From an uncultured delta proteobacterium (lineage in GTDB: Bacteria; Desulfobacterota; Desulfuromonadia; Desulfuromonadales; JACZKF01): a stretch of 64,000 bases of DNA. This document shows, one piece after another, positions 31,518 to 42,229 of this stretch. Where the stretch lies: contig CAWFKQ010000006.1 of assembly GCA_963816395.1 (NCBI GenBank), positions 526 to 64,525 on the forward strand, read 5' to 3'. Position numbers and translations under genes: made by a program. The notes under the pieces were generated by a model. That model ran no database searches. It was not told where the DNA came from and saw only the letters and a program-made list of their open reading frames with translations. Position 1 is the first letter of the stretch. The number at the start of each line of letters is the position of its first letter.

Positions 31518-32434
31518 GCGGGGCGGCGCCGGTCATCGCCGTCGAGGGGCTGAGCAAGTCCTTCGGCGGCAAGATGGTGGTGAAGGGGCTCTCCCTGCAG
31601 GTGACGGCCGGGGAGATCTACGGCTTTCTCGGCCCCAACGGCAGCGGCAAGACCACCTTCATCCGCATGCTCTGCGGCCTGCTGCGCCCCGACGCCGGCC
31701 GCGGCACCTGCCTCGGCTACGACATCATCAGCGAGGCCGAAGAGATCAAGCCGCACATCGGCTACATGGCCCAGCGCTTCAGCCTGTACGAGGACCTCAG
31801 CGTCCGCGAGAACCTCGACTTCATGGCCAGCGTCTACGGAGTGAAGGACCGCCGGCGGGCGGTGGCGGAGACGATGGAGCGCATGGGGCTGGAACGCTTC
31901 GCCGATCAGCTCGCCGGCACCCTTTCCGGCGGCTGGAAGCAGCGCCTGGCCCTCGCTTCCTGCCTGCTGCACGCGCCGCGGCTGCTGCTCCTGGACGAGC
32001 CGACGGCCGGCGTCGACCCCAAGGCCCGCCGCGATTTCTGGGACGACGTCTACGCCCTCTCCGCCCAGGGGATCACCGCCCTGATCAGCACCCACTACAT
32101 GGACGAGGCCGAGCGCTGCCACCGCCTGGCCTACCTGGCCTACGGCGACCTGCTGGCGACGGGGACAGCCGAGGAGGTCATCGCCGCCTCCGGGCTGGTC
32201 ACCTGGTCGGTCTCCGGCCGCCGGATGCACGAACTCAGCGCGCAGCTCAAGCCGCTGCCCGGCGTCGAGCAGGTGGTGCCCTTCGGCAACACCCTGCACG
32301 TCAGCGGCCACGACGCGGCCCGACTGGAAGAGAGCCTGCGCCCCTTCATGACCGGCGATTATCGCTGGGAGAAGAGCGCAACCAACCTGGAGGAGGTTTT
32401 CATCAGCCTGATGCAGCGGGCGAAGGTGGAGTGA
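31514..32434 (+). CDS. ABC transporter ATP-binding protein (ABC-2 exporter type)
   Basis: The GTG overlaps the HlyD stop (GTGA). Motifs GPNGSGKTT, LSGGWKQRLALA and [12 protein letters not shown]. It sits in the same frame as the 5' part of track ORF 30509..32434, which wrongly fuses it to HlyD. Confidence 0.9.
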   Translation: MSGAAPVIAVEGLSKSFGGKMVVKGLSLQVTAGEIYGFLGPNGSGKTTFIRMLCGLLRPDAGRGTCLGYDIISEAEEIKPHIGYMAQRFSLYEDLSVRENLDFMASVYGVKDRRRAVAETMERMGLERFADQLAGTLSGGWKQRLALASCLLHAPRLLLLDEPTAGVDPKARRDFWDDVYALSAQGITALISTHYMDEAERCHRLAYLAYGDLLATGTAEEVIAASGLVTWSVSGRRMHELSAQLKPLPGVEQVVPFGNTLHVSGHDAARLEESLRPFMTGDYRWEKSATNLEEVFISLMQRAKVE

Positions 32435-32437
32435 GGG

Positions 32438-33577
32438 ATGGCGCGCCGGCTCTTCTCCTTCACCCGCTTCGCCGCCATGGTCCGCAAGGAATTCGTGCAG
32501 ATGCGCCGCGACCGGCTCACCTTCGCCATGATGCTCGGCATCCCCATCCTGCAGATGGTCCTCTTCGGCTACGCCATCAATTCCGATCCGAAGCGCCTGC
32601 CCACCGCGGTGCTGTCCGCGGACCACAGCGTCTTCTCCCGCACCCTGGTCGCCGCCCTGCAGAACAGCGCCTATTTCCGCGTGGTGCGGCTGGTGGGGAG
32701 CGAGGCCGAGGGGAAGGAGCTGATCGACACCGGCGCGGTGCAGTTCCTGGTCAACATCCCCGAGCAGTTCGGCCGCCGGCTGGTGCGCGGCGAGCGCCCG
32801 GCGATTCTGCTCACCGCCGACGCCACCGATCCGGCCGCCACCAGCAATGCCGTCGCCGCCTTCCGCACCCTGGCCGAGGCGGCCCTGGCGCGCGACCTGG
32901 ACGGGCCGCTGGCCTACCTGAGGCGGGGTGAAAGCCCCCTGGAGATCATCGTCCACCCCCGCTTCAACCCCGAGGGGATCACCCGCTACAACATCGTCCC
33001 CGGCCTGATGGGGGTGGTGCTGACCATGACCCTGGTCATCATCACCGCCCTGGCGATCACCCGCGAGCGCGAGCGCGGCACCATGGAAAACCTGCTCTCC
33101 ACCCCGGTGCGGCCGCTGGAGGTGATGCTCGGCAAGATCGTCCCCTACATTCTCGTCGGCTACCTGCAGATGGCCTTCATCCTGGCCGCCGCCCGCTTCC
33201 TCTTCCAGGTGCCGCTGAGCGGCAGCATCCTGCTGCTGTTCGCCGTCTCCCTGCTGTTCATCGCCGCCAACCTCGGCGTCGGCCTGACCTTCTCCACCCT
33301 GGCGCGCAACCAGCTGCAGGCGATGCAGATGTCCTTTTTCTTCTTTCTCCCCTCCATCCTCCTCTCCGGCTTCATGTTCCCCTTCCGCGGCATGCCGGTC
33401 TGGGCGCAGTACCTCGGCTCGGTCCTCCCCCTGACCCATTACCTGCGCATGGTGCGCGGCATCCTCCTCAAGGGGAACGGCCTCGCCGAAATCCTCCCCC
33501 ATCTCTGGCCCATCGCCCTCTTTCTGGCAGTGGTGCTGAGCATCGGCCTCAAGCGCTACCGGCAGACTCTCGACTAG
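32438..33577 (+). CDS. ABC-2 family transporter permease (YbhS/YbhR-like)
   Basis: MVRKEFVQMRRDRLTFAMMLGIPILQMVLFGYAIN..., then a large periplasmic loop and 5 C-terminal TM segments. Confidence 0.88.
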   Translation: MARRLFSFTRFAAMVRKEFVQMRRDRLTFAMMLGIPILQMVLFGYAINSDPKRLPTAVLSADHSVFSRTLVAALQNSAYFRVVRLVGSEAEGKELIDTGAVQFLVNIPEQFGRRLVRGERPAILLTADATDPAATSNAVAAFRTLAEAALARDLDGPLAYLRRGESPLEIIVHPRFNPEGITRYNIVPGLMGVVLTMTLVIITALAITRERERGTMENLLSTPVRPLEVMLGKIVPYILVGYLQMAFILAAARFLFQVPLSGSILLLFAVSLLFIAANLGVGLTFSTLARNQLQAMQMSFFFFLPSILLSGFMFPFRGMPVWAQYLGSVLPLTHYLRMVRGILLKGNGLAEILPHLWPIALFLAVVLSIGLKRYRQTLD

Positions 33578-33981
33578 GCCGCCGGAGACTGCCCTTTTCC
33601 GCATCTCTGCGTATCTTGGCTTGCTTGTGCGGCGTACGGATGTACGCCTCCGCGCAAAGCCTTGATTTCCTTGACCCCTTGCAAAATATTGCTCGTTTAC
33701 GAATCAGAAACACGCCATCGCCCATCCGGACTAGTTCCCGCGACCTCTGATTTTGGCTTTCCACGGGACGGCCAGGATAGACGTCGGTAAAAGCCTCTTC
33801 CATTGGCGGAAGAGAACCGCGTCAGCGGTCAAAAAGTTTCCTTGCCACGCGGCACTGCAGCTGTCACGAGCATCGGTCGGGAGCCAGCGGCGTAAATCCT
33901 TGCGAAAGGAGTCCTCCCCGGCAGAGGCCGCCGTTTTCTTTGGTTACTTTCTTTTAGGCGGATTTTAAAAGAAAGTAACGC

Positions 33982-34030
33982 GGGGTGCGGGGCGCAGCGC
34001 CCGCGGTCTAAAGGGGGTGCGGGGCGCAGC
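33982..34030. repeat. two copies of a 17-nt GC-rich motif next to a short inverted repeat
   Basis: GGGGTGCGGGGCGCAGC occurs at 33982-33998 and 34014-34030. Just upstream is GGTTACTTTCTTTT...AAAAGAAAGTAAC. Confidence 0.6.
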
Positions 34031-34230
34031 ACCAGTCGGCAATGACTATTGCCAGAGGCCTCTGAGGCGTTTTACGCCCAGGCGACTCGACATCTGGTCG
34101 ATCAACTCATTGAAATTGCACAAAATATACCCGACATCAGGCGAAATTCCGGCAGATGTCTGATGTTTTCGGCGGGAGAGCGGATTACTCTGACGACAGG
34201 TTGCATTCACTTCTGTCCAAGGAGGCCCAA

Positions 34231-34536
34231 ATGAAAAGAACCGTTGTCCCCCTGCTGATCGTCTTTCTACTCGGCGCCTTCCCCTTCGCCGCCGGCGCCG
34301 CCGATTTCGGCCTGACCGGCATTCAGATCACCTTTGGCTCACGCATCGACAGATCGCCCCGGCACCGGGAGGTACATGTCGTCAGGGAGGTCCCGCAGCG
34401 TCGGTATCGGGAAAGGGATCATTGGGATCGCGGCCGGCGGCCGCGGGTGATCGTCATCGACCGCGACCATCGCCGGCACCGGTGTGATGATGAGAGGGTG
34501 GTGATCGTCCGCCGGGAATACGGCGAACGCTGGTAA
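34231..34536 (+). CDS. small secreted Arg/His-rich hypothetical protein
   Basis: GGAGG RBS 6 nt before the ATG. Signal peptide MKRTVVPLLIVFLLGAFPFAAGAA. The mature part is about 40% R/H/D/E (RHREVHVVREVPQRRYRERDHWDRGRRPRVIVIDRDHRRHRCDDER). Confidence 0.55.
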   Translation: MKRTVVPLLIVFLLGAFPFAAGAADFGLTGIQITFGSRIDRSPRHREVHVVREVPQRRYRERDHWDRGRRPRVIVIDRDHRRHRCDDERVVIVRREYGERW

Positions 34537-34551
34537 TCGGGCATGAAAAAA

Positions 34552-34578
34552 GGGGGACCGGCAAGCTGCCGGTCCCCC
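34552..34578. terminator. bidirectional rho-independent terminator (amt and the small secreted-protein gene)
   Basis: GGGGGACCGGCA / TGCCGGTCCCCC 12-bp stem, with an A6 run on the left and a T-rich run on the right. Confidence 0.75.
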
Positions 34579-34594
34579 TTGGTTTAGGTTTTTT

Positions 34595-34617
34595 CTACCT
34601 CCCTACCTCCCTACCCC
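34595..34617. repeat. 8-nt tandem repeat abutting the amt stop codon
   Basis: CTACCTCC CTACCTCC CTACCCC lies directly next to the TAA of amt (34618-34620, minus strand). Confidence 0.7.
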
Positions 34618-35931
34618 TTATTTTCCCGGCTCCGCCTGCGGGCGTACCGCGTAGGCACTGGACGGGATGCCGGCCGGCTGCGGCGCTGAGCCTGGATAGC
34701 CGGCCGGGGCGGGATTCCAGGAAAGATGCTCTTCCGGGTAGGCGGTGATGTGGTGGATCGCCAGGTCCGCTCCGGCGAACTCTTCTTCGCCACTCAGCCG
34801 GTAGCCGAAGGTGCGGTTGACCAGGGAATAGACCGCGAAGCCGACCCCCAGGGCGTAGCCGACCGCCAGCAGGCTGCCGGCCAGCTGGGAGAGGAAGGAG
34901 ACTCCGCCCATGCCGCCGAGCAGCGGGCTGCCGAAGATGCCGGCGGCGATGCCGCCCCAGGTGCCGACCATGCCGTGCAGCGGCCAGACGCCGAGGACGT
35001 CGTCGATGCGCAGCTTCTCCTGCTCGAACTGAAAGCCGAAGACGAAGATCAGGGCGCCCAGGCCGCCGATGAAGAAGGCGCCGATCGGATGCACCAGGTC
35101 GGAGCCGGCGCAGATGGCGATCAGTCCGGCCAGCGCCCCGTTGTGCAGGAAGCCGGGGTCATTGCGGCCGGCGACCAGGGCAAAGAGGACGCCGCCGACC
35201 ATGGCCATCAGCGAGTTGACCGCCACCAGGCCGGAAATGCCGCCCAGGCTCTGGGCGCTCATGACATTGAAGCCGAACCAGCCGACCGCCAGGATCCAGC
35301 TCCCCAGGGCGAGAAAGGGGATGCTGCTGATCGGGATCGGGTGGCTCCTGCGCCTGCTGAAACGGCCCAGGCGGGGACCGAGGATGAGCACCGCCGGCAG
35401 CGCCAGCCAGCCGCCCATGGAATGCACCACCACGCTGCCGGCGAAGTCGTGGAAGGGGGCGCCGAAGGTGCTCTGAAAAAAGCCCTGCAGACCGCCGCTG
35501 TGCTGCCCCCAGATGAGCGATTCGAAAAACGGATAAATCAGGCCGACGAAGATCGCCCCGGCGATGACCTGCGGCCAGAAACGGGCGCGCTCGGCGATGC
35601 CGCCGGAGATGATGGCGGGGATGCAGGCGGCGAAGCAGAGCAGGAAGAAGAAGCGTACCAGCTCGAAGCCGTTGCTGTTGCCCAGGAGATCGCCGGCCGG
35701 GTGCAGAAAATTGATGCCGTAGGCGAGGGGAAAACCGACCAGGAAATAGACGACGGTGGACACCGACCAGTCGGTGAGGATTTTGGCAAAGGCGTTGATC
35801 TGGCTTTTCCGGCGGACGCTGCCGACCTCCAGGAAAGCGAAGCCGGCGTGCATGGCGAAGACCATGACCGCGCCGAGCATGAGAAACAGAACGTCCCCCG
35901 AACGACCCAGGGACTGAGCGGCGGATTGCAT
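34618..35931 (-). CDS. amt: ammonium transporter
   Basis: AMHAGFAFLEVGSVR, FAGSVVVHSMGGW and GVWPLHGMVGTWGGIAAGIF are classic Amt/AmtB signatures. Confidence 0.95.
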   Translation of the reverse strand: MQSAAQSLGRSGDVLFLMLGAVMVFAMHAGFAFLEVGSVRRKSQINAFAKILTDWSVSTVVYFLVGFPLAYGINFLHPAGDLLGNSNGFELVRFFFLLCFAACIPAIISGGIAERARFWPQVIAGAIFVGLIYPFFESLIWGQHSGGLQGFFQSTFGAPFHDFAGSVVVHSMGGWLALPAVLILGPRLGRFSRRRSHPIPISSIPFLALGSWILAVGWFGFNVMSAQSLGGISGLVAVNSLMAMVGGVLFALVAGRNDPGFLHNGALAGLIAICAGSDLVHPIGAFFIGGLGALIFVFGFQFEQEKLRIDDVLGVWPLHGMVGTWGGIAAGIFGSPLLGGMGGVSFLSQLAGSLLAVGYALGVGFAVYSLVNRTFGYRLSGEEEFAGADLAIHHITAYPEEHLSWNPAPAGYPGSAPQPAGIPSSAYAVRPQAEPGK

Positions 35932-36221
35932 CTTATGACCTCCTCGTCATCATAGCCGGAGCGCCATTGACCCGGCTGAGTCGTCTCCTTTCAACACCCG
36001 TGCCGGAAAAAGGGTTCAGAATATTCAATCGGTTAGACGAGGAGGGTAGGGCCGAGAGGTTTTCGAGATGAAATTGTAGGCACTGCCGCCGGAAAATTCA
36101 GCAGGCAGGAACTCGGCGGCGGGAGAAAATCGCGCAGCAGCGGTGGCAAACCGCGGCCGGAAAGGTAAAATGCCGGTTAATGTGAAAGGTTTTCCGGAAA
36201 AATCTCCCGGGAGAATCCTTC

Positions 36222-37562
36222 ATGACCGATCCGAAACGGTATCTGCGAGAATCACTGGTGCTGGTGGGACTGATTGCTTTGCTCATTCTCTCCGGTTTGC
36301 CGGCCACCCGGGTCGCCGGGGCGGCGGTGCCCGCCGGTCCAGGAGAGGCGCAACTGCCGCTGCTGCAGCCGCCGGGCACGCCCTACCATACACCGCGGGC
36401 CGGCGAGGGATTCCGCACCGTGGTCTTCGGCCGGGAGGTCAGCGTGCCGCCGCAGAACCGGCGCTCCGTCTCCGCCTGGGATCTCGGGGTGGTCGTAACG
36501 AACCGCCGCCCGAACATTCGCAGTATCTCCCGTTCGGCGCCCTCTACTTCTGGCGCCATCCCGATGCCCACCGGCTGCTGCGGGCCGAGGCGGCCGTGGT
36601 CTACAACGACATCTTCTTTTCCCGCGCCCGGGCGACGGTCCGCTCGAATGGGTGCTCACCTTCAACAACTTCACCATCCCGGTCGCCCAGGCCGAACTGG
36701 TGGACGGCGGGGCCCTGGACCGCCAGGAACTGCTCTGGGGGTATGTGCGGCCGGGATTCGGCCTGGGCTATCGCCGGCAGGTGGCGCCCGGCCATCAGGA
36801 AAACATGCTGGCGGTCGATCTGCTGCTCGAGCCGGGTTACTGTTCTTCGATAACGGCGACAAGACGGCCGACAATTTCGTCGTCCCCCAGAATACCTTCG
36901 AACTGCGCGGCCACCTGCAGGTGCGCTGGGATGCCTTGGAGCGCAACCTCCTCGAACTGCCGCACCGGGGCTTTGCCGCCGGCGGCGATCTGATCGGGGG
37001 TTATCGGCCCGACTGGCAGGACTGGGGGGTGAACGGCAGCAATGAGGCCGGCGACGGGCGCGACTATCTCTCCTTCAGCGGCTATGCCCTGGCCGCCGGC
37101 GGGGTGCCCGGGGTGGCCAGCGAGCGCCACCGGCTGGTCGGCTCCCTGCACGGCGGCGCCGGCCGCCATCTCGACCGCTTCACCGCGCCCCGCATCGGCG
37201 GCGGCCCGCGCCCCATGGGGGAGGAATACGGTTCCACCTGGCGGCCGGTCCTGCCGGGAGCGGTCATCCAGGAGTTCTATCCGGACCACTACCTGGTGGC
37301 GGTCGGCGAATACCGCTAGGAGCCGATCTTTTTCACCTACCTGAGCCTGGTCGGCTCCCTCGCCTGGCTCGACCGCCTGCGGGGGAACGACGGCGACCTT
37401 TACCGGCAGGACGACGTCTTCACCGCCCTCGGCGCGCGGGTGACCACCGGCTTTTTCTTCGAAACCCGGCTGCAGCTCGACTACAACTACAACTTCGCCG
37501 CGATCCGCCAGGGCGATTACGGCGGCCACGAAATCGTCCTGCACGTCTCCGGGCAGTTCTGA
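36222..37562 (+). pseudogene. putative outer-membrane beta-barrel-type protein, disrupted by about 3 frameshifts and an in-frame TAG
   Basis: Coding-looking sequence hops between three frames (breaks near 36510, 36630 and 36840). It then crosses an in-frame TAG at 37317-37319 (VAVGEYR*EPIFFTYLSLVGSL...). It ends ...YGGHEIVLHVSGQF*, a typical OMP C-terminal Phe. I do not recognise the family. Confidence 0.55.
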
Positions 37563-37727
37563 CGATGTCCTCGCCCGTCAGCCGCTAAAGCCGATCTGGC
37601 GCTGCGGCCTGCCGCCGCACCGCCGGCGCCCGTAATTTTTCCCGCCCGCAATCCAAGGGATGACTGTTCCCGCAAGCCGACTTCTGCCATAATCACCTCC
37701 GAGACCAATTCACGAGGAAATGCATCG

Positions 37728-39614
<1,887 letters not shown>

Positions 39615-39714
39615 TCGGCGAGCGATGGGGACCACGAGAAGAGGCGGCGAACAGCTCCCTGCTGCTGTTTTGAGCCGACCTGCCGGCGATGATGGCTGCG
39701 GTAGAGGCTTCTTC

Positions 39715-41084
39715 CTCCCTGCTGGTAAGGTTGTAAGCACAGAACGGGACCAACCCGCCATCGGCGGAGATGACTGCAATGCAGCAACCCCTCAGCCGCT
39801 CAAGGTCCAGGTTGTCGGCATCCTGAAAGGCCATGGCGGATAGCGTAAAGCTCCTGGTGGCGACAGCCTGGAGAAAAAAATCCAGGTCGAGAGGGCCTTC
39901 GGCCCGGACCGCATCCGGTCTGCCGCTGCAGCAGGCGGTCTGTTCCAAGTCGAGGGACGGTTGGAAAAAGAAACTGCGGATGGCAGCCTCCAGCGACGCG
40001 ACACGGTTTCTACGGTCTTTCTGATCCCGCCGCCGCAATCCGCCGTACAGCAGTTATCGCCGCCAGTCGTTCCGAGCGGGCGCAGTTCCCCGGCAGCTGA
40101 ATAAATATACGTGGCATGAAAGGAACAGTGAGCATGCTCGCCGCCGGGAGGAGAAAAGTCCGCCAGCTTGAGCAGCCCTTTCGTCTGACTTTCGAGTGAT
40201 CTCATCAACTCCGGAAGGGTAAAACGATCGCCGCCGCCGTTCCGCGCAGGGAAGCGACCGAAATAACTTACCGGCTGAAAATGGATGCCCCGTACCGTGG
40301 GAGCCAGTTGCAGGGCCTGTCGTACAATGGCCCCGATGGCGTCGGTATTCACCCCCTTGACGAGGGTAGGGACCAGGACGACGCCGATACCTGCCTCCCC
40401 CGCATGTCTGACGGCCCTGAGCTTCTGCGCGAGGAGCGCCCTGCCCCGCAAGGTACGGTAAATCCCATCGTCAACGCCGTCGAACTGGAGGAAGACCGAC
40501 GAAAGGCCTGCCGCCTGCAGCCGATAGGCGTAGTCTCTGTCCGTGGCAAGGCGGAGACCATTGGTATTGACCTGAATGAAGGAAAAGCCAATCCGCCGGG
40601 CCGCTTCGACGATCTGCGGAAGGTCGTCCCGCAGCGTGGGTTCCCCGCCTGATAACTGAAGGTTGCAGGGACCTGCTGCAGCCATGGCCCGCTCCAGCAG
40701 CCAGGCGATCTTCTTCAAGGACGGATCCTCTGTTTCCCTTTGGCCGGAATCGGCAAAACAGACGGCGCATTGCAGGTTGCACCGGTCGGTTACTTCCAGC
40801 AGAACGGAGCAGGGAAGCTGTTCATGGCCGCTGCAGAGGCCGCAGTCGAAAGGGCAGCCCTGGTCTGCGGTTCCGTAGCAGAGTTCCGGATGGACAGGTG
40901 CCTTCGGCCGCTGCCATTCGGCCATGGACGGCTCGCCGTGCCATATGAGAGTCCTGAAGGATCCATGTTCTTCGCACTCCTTGACCTGAAAAACCTCGTC
41001 GCCCAACAATTGTCGTATCGCCGGGATTCTCTTGAGGCACACAGGGCAGAGGCTTTCGGTTGCCTGCGGATTCGCCTTTTCCAT
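39715..41084 (-). CDS. radical SAM protein, MJ0619/Tes-like architecture; frameshift near 40015-40030 and unresolved 3' end
   Basis: N-terminal CPVC...EEHG zinc-ribbon-like element, GCPFDCGLCSGHEQ, and the CxxxCxxC cluster motif in DRCNLQCAVCFA. GGEPTL. The C-terminal part continues in ORF 39400..40038 (...AMAFQDADNLDLERLRGCCIAVISADGGLVPFCAYNLTSRE). No frame has a stop before the gene runs into uup. Confidence 0.7.
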
Positions 41085-41093
41085 AAATTTTAC

Positions 41094-41873
41094 TCAGCCC
41101 TTCCCACTGCCGGATCGACGACCACTTCCCTGCATCAGGCCGCCAGCTCTTGCAAAAAAGATGTCATTCACAGGACTGTTCATTCCCACATCCACGGGCA
41201 CCGCCTTTCGGGCGACCAAAAGAAAATAACCGATTCCTGGGTGGCCGGTCTTTTCCCCATTTTGTCTCTGATCGCATCTCCACGAATCCGGCAGACATTC
41301 GCCAGCGAATATCATGCGCACCGCGAATTCCTTGAGCAGCTGTTCGTGTGTCTCCCATAGGAGAGGAGTAAAGCCACGTCCTGTGAGTAAACCGAGTAAT
41401 TCCCCCGAGGTGAGAAGTTGATCTGCGGGTCCTTCCTTCCCGAAAACGCCCTTCCTGAAGACGTCACTTATCACCAGAACCCCCCCATCTTTCAGGACCT
41501 GTGCGAACCCGTCGAGGACCGCCGGCTTGTCATCGATGATGGAAAGGACACATTCGCAAAAAATGGCATCGAAAGTTTCTTTCCTGAAGGGGATTGCTTC
41601 CGCCAGGCCCTGGATGAGCCGAGCTGATTCCAGGTAGGCAGCCGCCTCCTTGAGGAGCCTTTCCGAATAGTCGAATCCCACCAGCCGATGGTGCCCGACC
41701 CGTTCCAGGTGCTGCAAGGTGCCCCCTGCACCGCAGCCGACATCGGCGATTAGGGATCCGGCCGGGAGGGCGCAGAACTCCAACGCCCTTTTCGTAAGCA
41801 CGGTGCCTCCCGGTCGGATACAGGGCCCCACGCTGCGGCAGATCTCTGACCAGTTAAAAATAATGTCGCTCAT
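41094..41873 (-). CDS. class I SAM-dependent methyltransferase, co-oriented 10 nt upstream of the radical SAM gene
   Basis: IADVGCGAGGTL (motif I), IFCECVLSII and GGVLVISDV. Start uncertain (Met at 41873 or 41903; the ORF opens at 42104). Confidence 0.75.
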   Translation of the reverse strand: MSDIIFNWSEICRSVGPCIRPGGTVLTKRALEFCALPAGSLIADVGCGAGGTLQHLERVGHHRLVGFDYSERLLKEAAAYLESARLIQGLAEAIPFRKETFDAIFCECVLSIIDDKPAVLDGFAQVLKDGGVLVISDVFRKGVFGKEGPADQLLTSGELLGLLTGRGFTPLLWETHEQLLKEFAVRMIFAGECLPDSWRCDQRQNGEKTGHPGIGYFLLVARKAVPVDVGMNSPVNDIFFARAGGLMQGSGRRSGSGKG

Positions 41874-42074
41874 ATTCTCAGCAGGTCCGGCAGAGGGTTT
41901 CATGCGCGCCGGTGTGCTGTCCCAGCGCCGCCACATACCTTCAGGGCCTCCGGCATAGCCGGGGCTTGGACAACTCTTAACGGACTGATCACTTCTGTGC
42001 CATTCTGGCAACAATGTCGTCGTCGATCCACAAATAAATCCATTCAGGAGAATTATTGCGGGCCATAAACGGGC

Positions 42075-42102
42075 GCGGCCCCTGGTGAAATCCAGGGGCC
42101 GC
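42075..42102 (-). terminator. hairpin after the GldAFG-like operon
   Basis: GCGGCCCCTGG / CCAGGGGCCGC 11-bp stem with a 6-nt loop, about 130 nt after the gldG-like stop. Confidence 0.4.
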
Positions 42103-42229
42103 ACATATGCACGATGCGCTTCGGAAAACCTTTTTTGAGCACCACTTCGCCGTCCCGAGAGCGTCTCGTGAACTGTCTTTATGCGGAACCGCAGGCGCGG
42201 GGGCGGTGGGGATCCCGTCTTCTAAGCAT

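Noticed and set aside
30509-32434. 641-aa ORF that looks like a HlyD-ABC ATPase fusion protein.
   Set aside because: The middle part (about 31160-31510) is out-of-frame junk (RAGLRHLFRAGRIRSRRPAG...). The real HlyD C-terminus is in ORF 31014..31517. The ATPase has its own GTG at 31514 overlapping that stop.
33630-33700. Possible c-di-GMP (GEMM-I) riboswitch because of ...CGCGCAAAGCC... after a GGCGTAC/GTACGCC hairpin.
   Set aside because: It lacks the paired GNRA-tetraloop/receptor architecture and the GGCAAACC element. It is more than 500 nt from the next plus-strand gene.
35990-36005. Sigma54-type promoter upstream of amt (minus strand CGGCAC-GGGTG-TTGA).
   Set aside because: Only the GG of the -24 box and a TTGA (not TTGC) at -12 match. 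This is too weak to call without a PWM score. No glnK or NtrC site was recognised.
37317-37319. In-frame TAG as a possible pyrrolysine or programmed read-through site.
   Set aside because: The same gene carries about three frameshifts. No pyl genes or read-through context are visible, so an ordinary nonsense lesion or error is far more likely.
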